A stretch of DNA of 59,819 nucleotides. It comes from a virus (Duplodnaviria; Caudoviricetes). A program made the translations under genes and the position numbers. The number at the start of each line of letters is the position of its first letter. The first letter of the stretch is position 1. The notes under the pieces are model-generated. The model saw nothing but the letters and a program-made list of their open reading frames with translations, had not been told where the DNA came from and searched no databases. The stretch lies in IMG/VR virus record IMGVR_UViG_3300044710_000061, positions 1 to 59,819 of that record; one strand, 5' to 3'. Below are positions 54,483-59,819 of this stretch, one piece after another.

Positions 54483-54715
54483 TCTCCTCCTACACATGCT
54501 GGCTTCTCCAACCACACCCGAGGATTCCAATGATCGAACCAGAATTCATGGAACACATTGAGCTGTCGGGCGAATTACACGCCATAGCCTTGTCAGAGCC
54601 AGATCAGCACAAGGCTGACGTCATCGACGCGGCGTCCATCATGGTCCTGCGAGATCAGGAAACCATCGACATGCTGCGCGCCGAGCTGAAGGCTTTGCAG
54701 GAGTTGAGGCAATAA
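54479..54715 (+). CDS. Hypothetical protein
   Basis: Coupled small ORF; may start at MIEPEF. Confidence 0.5.
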   Translation: MISSYTCWLLQPHPRIPMIEPEFMEHIELSGELHAIALSEPDQHKADVIDAASIMVLRDQETIDMLRAELKALQELRQ

Positions 54716-54720
54716 CCGTC

Positions 54721-55434
54721 ATGGCGAGCAATTCATTCAAGCGATTTGGCATCGACCATCTTAGCCCATCGTCGCTCAATCTATGGCGAGCGCAACCTGG
54801 CTGGTGGGTGCAACGCTATATCAGGCGGATCAAAGACGAAGACAATGCCGCCATGGCAAGAGGAAAGGCGGTTGAGAACGGGCTGGAAGTTTATCTTAGG
54901 TCTGGCGTGCTAGGCGTTGCCGTCGGTGCAGCCCTAGAAACTTACAAAATGAATTATAATGGCGCTCCCGATCTGGAGCAGGAATCATTGATCCAGCCGA
55001 TGCTGCGCACTCTTCGGATGTGGATGCCGCCATCAGGATTGAATGCGACGCAAATCAAGATCGAGCATTGGCTTGACCCGATTCCGGTCCCTCTTATCGG
55101 CTTTGTGGATTTTGGCTTCGACGGAATCGACATCGATCTGAAGACCACAAAAGCGTGTCCGTCATCTCCGCGCGCCGACCATATACGTCAGGTCTCTCTA
55201 TACCGTGCCGCCAGAGGGCGGTGGGGTGGGCTGCTGTACGTCACAGACAAGCGGCATGCCTATTACGAGGTGACCGACGAAATGATGGAGATCGGTCTCA
55301 AAGATCTGAGATCGGCCGCGCTGTCGCTAAACAATTTCCTGGCCCGATGCGATACGGCGGATGACGCCGTCAAGTCGCTACCGCTGGACTGGGACAGTTT
55401 CTATGCACCAAAGAATAAGGAGCTCGTAGCATGA
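54721..55434 (+). CDS. PD-(D/E)XK exonuclease (RecE/Cas4-like)
   Basis: HLSPSSL, G-x-x-D...DLKTT...QVSLY. Confidence 0.8.
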   Translation: MASNSFKRFGIDHLSPSSLNLWRAQPGWWVQRYIRRIKDEDNAAMARGKAVENGLEVYLRSGVLGVAVGAALETYKMNYNGAPDLEQESLIQPMLRTLRMWMPPSGLNATQIKIEHWLDPIPVPLIGFVDFGFDGIDIDLKTTKACPSSPRADHIRQVSLYRAARGRWGGLLYVTDKRHAYYEVTDEMMEIGLKDLRSAALSLNNFLARCDTADDAVKSLPLDWDSFYAPKNKELVA

Positions 55435-56300
55435 ACCAGCTTGTCAAGTCAGACGCCTTTGAGAATGCTCTCGTCAATGGAGATCTGGAAAAGCTAACGT
55501 CAGAACAACGTCTTGAGTACTACAAAACGGTCTGTGATTCAGTCGGGCTTAACCCATTCACTAGGCCTTTTGAGTACATCAAACTTAACGGCAAGCTCAC
55601 GCTCTACGCCAAGCGTGACGCTGCCGACCAGCTGCGCAAGCTCAACCACATTTCGCTTCAGGTCGTTTCCCAAAGCGTATCCGACGGAATGCTAACTGTT
55701 CTTGTGCGCGCCACAGATAGACATGGGAGAACCGATGAAGACCTCGGTGTAGTGCCATTCCCGACCGGATTGGCTGGCGAAGCGCGTGCTAACGCCGTAC
55801 TGAAAGCTGTCACCAAAGCGAAGCGTCGGGTAACGCTGTCCATCAGCGGACTGGGATTTCTCGATGAAACAGAAGTGGAGACTATACCAGAGATCAGGCG
55901 ACAGACACCGCGTGACCCAGCCACTGGAGAACGAAAGGCGTTAATGCCGCCTCATGATCCGGAGACTGGCGAAGTCCTTGAATCCGGCATTCCCGACTTT
56001 CTCGATCGTCGTTCACCTGCGACTAAGCCCGCGGGTGAGTCCGCGCCCTCTCAGGTTCCCCCAGCAACCCACCCTGAGAGCGGCGCTGACAATGACGAGA
56101 GCAGGGCAATGTTCGTTCATTCAACCGAAGATCATATTCAAAGTTTTGATGACGCCAAAGAATTGGCTGACTGGTGGAAATCTACCGAACAGAAAAGGGC
56201 TCGCCGAGATTTCGGGTTGAACACTGCTGAAGTCGATCACCTTGTAGAATTGGTCAAGGCTAGGCACGGAATCCTGACCAATGGGGGGAACGGGAAATGA
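55431..56300 (+). CDS. Single-strand annealing recombinase (RecT/Bet-like)
   Basis: GLNPF...KAVTKAKRR...GLGFLDETE; paired with the exonuclease. Confidence 0.65.
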   Translation: MNQLVKSDAFENALVNGDLEKLTSEQRLEYYKTVCDSVGLNPFTRPFEYIKLNGKLTLYAKRDAADQLRKLNHISLQVVSQSVSDGMLTVLVRATDRHGRTDEDLGVVPFPTGLAGEARANAVLKAVTKAKRRVTLSISGLGFLDETEVETIPEIRRQTPRDPATGERKALMPPHDPETGEVLESGIPDFLDRRSPATKPAGESAPSQVPPATHPESGADNDESRAMFVHSTEDHIQSFDDAKELADWWKSTEQKRARRDFGLNTAEVDHLVELVKARHGILTNGGNGK

Positions 56301-56620
56301 GTGCTCCCTACGCCCCTTATGACCTTGACGAAACGACAGAGGAAACTCGGTACGCACAGCCGCAGTACCGTAAGCCGGAGGAGCAGGCTTGCGTCGATAT
56401 GATCCGCCGCATGCGCTACGACACATACAAGCAGGAGCTGCCGAGCGGGTCGAAGATGTTTCCTGTGCCTGCGGTAAGACCAGCACCCGTAGTGCCGATG
56501 AGACCGCTAGAGATCATCGCGCACCACATTCGCACGATGCCTTTTGGGGATGTGGTGGCCATGGCTGAGGAGATTGGCACGGATCCAAGCAAGCTATGGG
56601 AGTGGGCAAACAAGCCATGA
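56297..56620 (+). CDS. Hypothetical protein
   Basis: ATGA-coupled. Confidence 0.55.
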   Translation: MSAPYAPYDLDETTEETRYAQPQYRKPEEQACVDMIRRMRYDTYKQELPSGSKMFPVPAVRPAPVVPMRPLEIIAHHIRTMPFGDVVAMAEEIGTDPSKLWEWANKP

Positions 56621-56784
56621 CCGACAAGCCAGAAATGAAAGCCTTCACCCTTGTATTCGAGGGTGACATCAGAGCTTTCACGAATAACCCTCTGAACACT
56701 GAGACCATCTACGGCATTCTATATGCCGTAGCAGCCTTTGATGCCCTTGAAAGGCTAGATGAACTTATGGACCTTAAGAAATGA
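56617..56784 (+). CDS. Small hypothetical protein (MTDKPEM...)
   Basis: ATGA-coupled. Confidence 0.5.
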   Translation: MTDKPEMKAFTLVFEGDIRAFTNNPLNTETIYGILYAVAAFDALERLDELMDLKK

Positions 56785-56981
56785 CCGACGCTCCCCGCTA
56801 CATGAAATATCCCGTTATCTGGCTGCAACCACCTTGTGAGAGCTGCGACGAGGACCGCTTGTGGTGCCAAGACAATGTCTGGCCAGAAGGCTGTGACGAA
56901 TGCGGGGCGATGCCAGTCAAATATGTCCTTGCGCAAGATCAGCCAGAAAGACCTGAACCAGAGCAGGAAGAAGATGAGTGA
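56781..56981 (+). CDS. Small zinc-binding protein starting MTDAPRYM
   Basis: CESC...CDEC. Confidence 0.6.
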   Translation: MTDAPRYMKYPVIWLQPPCESCDEDRLWCQDNVWPEGCDECGAMPVKYVLAQDQPERPEPEQEEDE

Positions 56982-57174
56982 CGCGCCCCGCTATATGAAC
57001 TTGCCGGTGTCGGACTGCGGTTGCTTCAGCGGAGGGTATTTTGACGATAGGATAGAGCCTCCTGAAATGCCGCCTGGCAAAGTCCCTCCGAAGCATGCAG
57101 TTCTCATCTGGTATGAGAATGAAGACATTGCTCGCGAAGCAATAAGCGCTGTTATTGAGGCCCATTGGAAATGA
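56974..57174 (+). CDS. Small protein starting MSDAPRYM
   Basis: Shared 5' repeat. Confidence 0.55.
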   Translation: MSDAPRYMNLPVSDCGCFSGGYFDDRIEPPEMPPGKVPPKHAVLIWYENEDIAREAISAVIEAHWK

Positions 57175-57332
57175 GCGCAAACGACGAAATGCACTGGTTA
57201 CTTAAAGCCGCGAAGGTAAGTGGGACTCTATCCATAGCGATTATGGCTCTGCAGATTATCGCTTATAATCCGGATAAATTTTTAATTTGGCTTTTTGTGG
57301 CTGCCACTGCAGCGTTGCAGGTTTGGACATGA
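57171..57332 (+). CDS. 53-aa two-TM membrane protein
   Basis: Translated by hand (MSANDEMHWLL...LQVWT); ATGA overlaps at both ends; AT-rich. Confidence 0.55.
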   Translation: MSANDEMHWLLKAAKVSGTLSIAIMALQIIAYNPDKFLIWLFVAATAALQVWT

Positions 57333-57688
57333 CCACCGCGCCCCGCTACATGAGCTTGGAGACGCTGGCGACCGCCTTGGACGTTGGTGAATCCACCATT
57401 GAAGCATGGGTTGGCCAGGGCAAATTCCCGGCACCGAAGCGGGTGGGTCCCAACGGCATGAGACGCTGGTCATGGGCTGAGGTGCAGCGCACAATAGAAG
57501 GACCGCAGGATAATGCGGCCGTAAATATAGGGGAGAGGATTCGCAATGCCACGCGGGAGGAAGTCTTACGGCGGGACCAGCGGAGAGGTGTTCGCCAGCG
57601 TGATCAACGCGTATCTGGACTCACCAAAATTTCAGGGGTTGGCGACGAATACCCAGAGAAGTTACCGCCGAGCCCTCTTGCTGGCTGA
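57329..57688 (+). CDS. xis: Excisionase (AlpA-like HTH) starting MTTAPRYM
   Basis: LATALDVGESTIEAWV-x-x-GKFPAP...RRWSWAEV; directly upstream of and overlapping int. Confidence 0.75.
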   Translation: MTTAPRYMSLETLATALDVGESTIEAWVGQGKFPAPKRVGPNGMRRWSWAEVQRTIEGPQDNAAVNIGERIRNATREEVLRRDQRRGVRQRDQRVSGLTKISGVGDEYPEKLPPSPLAG

Positions 57689-58457
57689 GCATATGGATGG
57701 TCTAGGCGGCGTTCCTGTCGATGAAATGCGGCCAGCATTGGTGCAGGCCTTTCTGGACGCCATGGCGGACCGCCCAGCTGCGCAGCAAAAAGCCAAACGC
57801 GTTCTGAAGGCGCTAGAGAGCTGGGCGATCGTACGGGATTTGCTGCCGCGGTCAATCACACAGGGGACTGAGGCGCCAGGATCAGACGGAGGACATGAGC
57901 CATGGTCAGACGAGCAAGTTGCTTTCGCACAGGACAACTGTGCCCCTTTCCTGTCGCGTGCGATATGTATGGCTGCCAATACCGGACAACGAGGCAGCGA
58001 TCTAGTCCGGATGCGCTGGACCGACATCGAGACGATCAACGGCCGTCCGGGGATCAATGTGACCCAGCTCAAGACGGGGTTGCGCCTGTGGGTGCCGTTC
58101 ACGCAGGCACTGATAAGCCGGATTGAGACATGGGAGCGCCGGCCAGGCTTTATCCTCGTGCGCCCAGATGGAACACCGTATGTGCGGGATATGCTCACCA
58201 AGGCATGGTACTGGGAGAGGGTCCGCAACCCGGTGCTCGAACCGCTTCGTCACCTGCACCTGCACGGACTGCGCGCCACAGCCGTAGTCAGGCTGCGCCG
58301 GGCCGGCGTCAGCATAGCCCAGATTTGTGACGTGGTGGGGATGTCGCAGCAGATGGTCGCGAGGTATTGCAGGCTAAGCGACCAGAGAGCGAACGCGCTG
58401 GCTGCTATGGAGCAATTGGAGGGGCGCGTTATCAAGCTGGAGAGGGATAGGAAATGA
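57546..58457 (+). CDS. int: Tyrosine integrase
   Basis: TGQRGSD (R), K, HGLR (H-x-x-R), G-M-S, MVARY (Y). Confidence 0.9.
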   Translation: MPRGRKSYGGTSGEVFASVINAYLDSPKFQGLATNTQRSYRRALLLAEHMDGLGGVPVDEMRPALVQAFLDAMADRPAAQQKAKRVLKALESWAIVRDLLPRSITQGTEAPGSDGGHEPWSDEQVAFAQDNCAPFLSRAICMAANTGQRGSDLVRMRWTDIETINGRPGINVTQLKTGLRLWVPFTQALISRIETWERRPGFILVRPDGTPYVRDMLTKAWYWERVRNPVLEPLRHLHLHGLRATAVVRLRRAGVSIAQICDVVGMSQQMVARYCRLSDQRANALAAMEQLEGRVIKLERDRK

Positions 58458-58669
58458 TGCAGGTCAGGCCAGAGGAAACACAGCACTGGAAAATGGGATA
58501 TAATCAAGCGTGGGAAGAGGCGTCACGAGATATAGACCGCCTCCGCGCGGAGAATGCGGAGCTGCGACACCGGCTTATTCATTGCCTAACATGCGAATTA
58601 GAAGAGCATGAAATAGCAGAATATCGCAATTATCTAGATAAAACCGCGAACGAGACGGAGGGGAAATGA
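58454..58669 (+). CDS. Array protein 1
   Basis: ATGA overlap with the int stop; DRLRAENAEL; ends ANETEGK. Confidence 0.7.
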   Translation: MMQVRPEETQHWKMGYNQAWEEASRDIDRLRAENAELRHRLIHCLTCELEEHEIAEYRNYLDKTANETEGK

Positions 58670-58977
58670 ACGATTTGATTGAGCGGCTGCTAAACCCGCG
58701 CAGCTTTGACCATGAGGCGTTGCGAAAGGAAGCCGCCGCCCACATCCGGGAGCTGGAGGAAGAACTAGACCGCCTCCGCGCGGAGAAGGCGGAGCTAATA
58801 TCTCGCATCTCTAGCTTAGAGAAAACTATGGCTATCTATGTTGATCCATTCGCTTGGAAAGAGCAGCATGATCCTGAAAATTCTCTATTCGTGCCAGACC
58901 ATTACGAAGTCAGCGGATTTGGAGATATGGCCAAATTTGTGCTGGCCAAGACCGCGAACGAGACAGAGGGGAAATGA
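58666..58977 (+). CDS. Array protein 2
   Basis: DRLRAEKAEL; ends ANETEGK. Confidence 0.7.
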   Translation: MNDLIERLLNPRSFDHEALRKEAAAHIRELEEELDRLRAEKAELISRISSLEKTMAIYVDPFAWKEQHDPENSLFVPDHYEVSGFGDMAKFVLAKTANETEGK

Positions 58978-59186
58978 GCGAATACAGCCTAGAACCAATG
59001 ACGCAAGGGGAAGAAATATCCCACCTCAAAGGTGAACTGGACCGCCTCCGCGCCTCTCTGCGTGATCATATCGTTAGGAACGGAGAGCTACGGGAGGCGC
59101 TGGAAGACTTGCTCAACCTTAAACAGGGTTGCCATGAGAGGGCCGAAGACCTTCTCGCCAAGGCGAACGAGACGGAGGGGAAATGA
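58974..59186 (+). CDS. Array protein 3
   Basis: DRLRA; ends ANETEGK. Confidence 0.7.
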   Translation: MSEYSLEPMTQGEEISHLKGELDRLRASLRDHIVRNGELREALEDLLNLKQGCHERAEDLLAKANETEGK

Positions 59187-59359
59187 GCTGGTTCAAGCAT
59201 CGCCACTATTGGCGAGAGAAAACCGGATACCAGAACGGGATTACCGGTGGACTTATCGTCGAAGATTGCACTTGCGGCGCTGTGCGTACCATTGAGTTCC
59301 AGCCAGGTAGTGCACCGGTTGTGCGTGTGACAGAACCGAACAAGCCGGAGGGGAAATGA
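59183..59359 (+). CDS. Array protein 4 (58 aa, HRH...CTCG)
   Basis: Translated by hand (MSWFKHRHYW...EPNKPEGK); ATGA overlaps at both ends. Confidence 0.65.
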   Translation: MSWFKHRHYWREKTGYQNGITGGLIVEDCTCGAVRTIEFQPGSAPVVRVTEPNKPEGK

Positions 59360-59712
59360 TGTGCCAAAACGACATGGCAAGGGCGCTCAAGGCTGAAGCG
59401 GAATGCGACCGCCTGCGCACGGAGAATGCAGAGCTAAAAGCTGAAATCGAGCGATGGGACGAGACCGACCCTCTAGTCAACAAGAGGCTAAAGGAAGACC
59501 TGCGCGAGATTCTCACGCTCCGCGCCGAGAAGGCGCTTCTGGTAGAAGAATGTCTATCGCATGCCGAAATTGCTGAATCTGAGTACAATTTTGGATTCGC
59601 TCAAACCCTCCGGGAAATAGCAGCTCTCGCCAAGACCAGATCGAACGATCCGGAAACAGAGCCATACGAACCGCCGCCTTATGATTGGGGAAAAGATAAA
59701 ATTCCTGAATGA
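59356..59712 (+). CDS. Array protein 5
   Basis: DRLRTENAEL and LRAEKA; degenerate SNDPETE. Confidence 0.7.
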   Translation: MMCQNDMARALKAEAECDRLRTENAELKAEIERWDETDPLVNKRLKEDLREILTLRAEKALLVEECLSHAEIAESEYNFGFAQTLREIAALAKTRSNDPETEPYEPPPYDWGKDKIPE

Positions 59713-59819
59713 TTTCAACTATGGCTGGTCCTCGGCTGGGATCAGGCAAGCAGAAAAACATCAAAGGAGTCAATGACTTGGAGAAAAAGGTAAAAAATGA
59801 ACCCACCCAGAATAGGCTA
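59709..59819 (+). CDS. 5' part of the array protein that continues at 1..510
   Basis: ATGA overlap; 37 open codons that join in frame to base 1. Confidence 0.55.
   Translation, partial: MISTMAGPRLGSGKQKNIKGVNDLEKKVKNEPTQNRL

Larger units (their letters stand above)
58646..59359 (+). repeat. Boundary repeat GCGAACGAGACGGAGGGGAAATGA, right-end copies
   Basis: Copies at 58646-58669, 58954-58977, 59163-59186 and 59336-59359 (variant). Confidence 0.9.

Noticed and set aside
54721-55434. Cas4 implying CRISPR adaptation
   Set aside because: It lacks the four-Cys cluster and is paired with an annealing protein, so it is better read as a recombination exonuclease.
58646-59359. Boundary repeats as a CRISPR array
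   Set aside because: Spacing is about 170-310 bp and irregular, the intervals are intact ORFs, and no cas operon is present.
57546-59819. Classical integron
   Set aside because: The repeats are not palindromic attC sites (no RYYYAAC/GTTRRRY ends), the integrase is co-oriented and paired with an excisionase, and no IntI-specific insertion was evident.

Overview
The window looks like a complete, circularly permuted genome (about 59.8 kb) of a temperate P22-like podophage of an alphaproteobacterium, probably Rhizobiales/Bradyrhizobium-like (it carries GcrA and an 'ADLPTKAP' outer-membrane protein). A long minus-strand unit runs from cro (52.4 kb) through RusA, a DnaA-C-like protein, GcrA, ParB-like, replication and NusG-like genes. 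It continues through terS, terL, portal, scaffold, P22-type coat, gp4/gp10-like tail proteins, ejection proteins, tailspike and a lysis region down to about 1.8 kb. The plus strand carries cI, an exonuclease plus annealing protein, xis, int, and an array of small genes that runs across the window ends. Two things stand out. (1) About 17 late genes encode proteins with Sec-like signal peptides and paired cysteines. They include the tailspike, fibre-like proteins and small chaperone-like proteins, and ten of them are contiguous between terS and terL. This suggests a phage-encoded exported or periplasm-folded appendage system. (2) The early plus-strand operon is built from short genes joined by several repeat families: a 24-bp boundary repeat (ANETEGK), an internal DRLRAE(K/N)AEL repeat, a C-terminal IGxIQFASA motif and an N-terminal MxxAPRYM motif. 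This suggests cassette-like gene shuffling next to the integrase. All calls come from reading motifs and gene order by eye; no searches were run.
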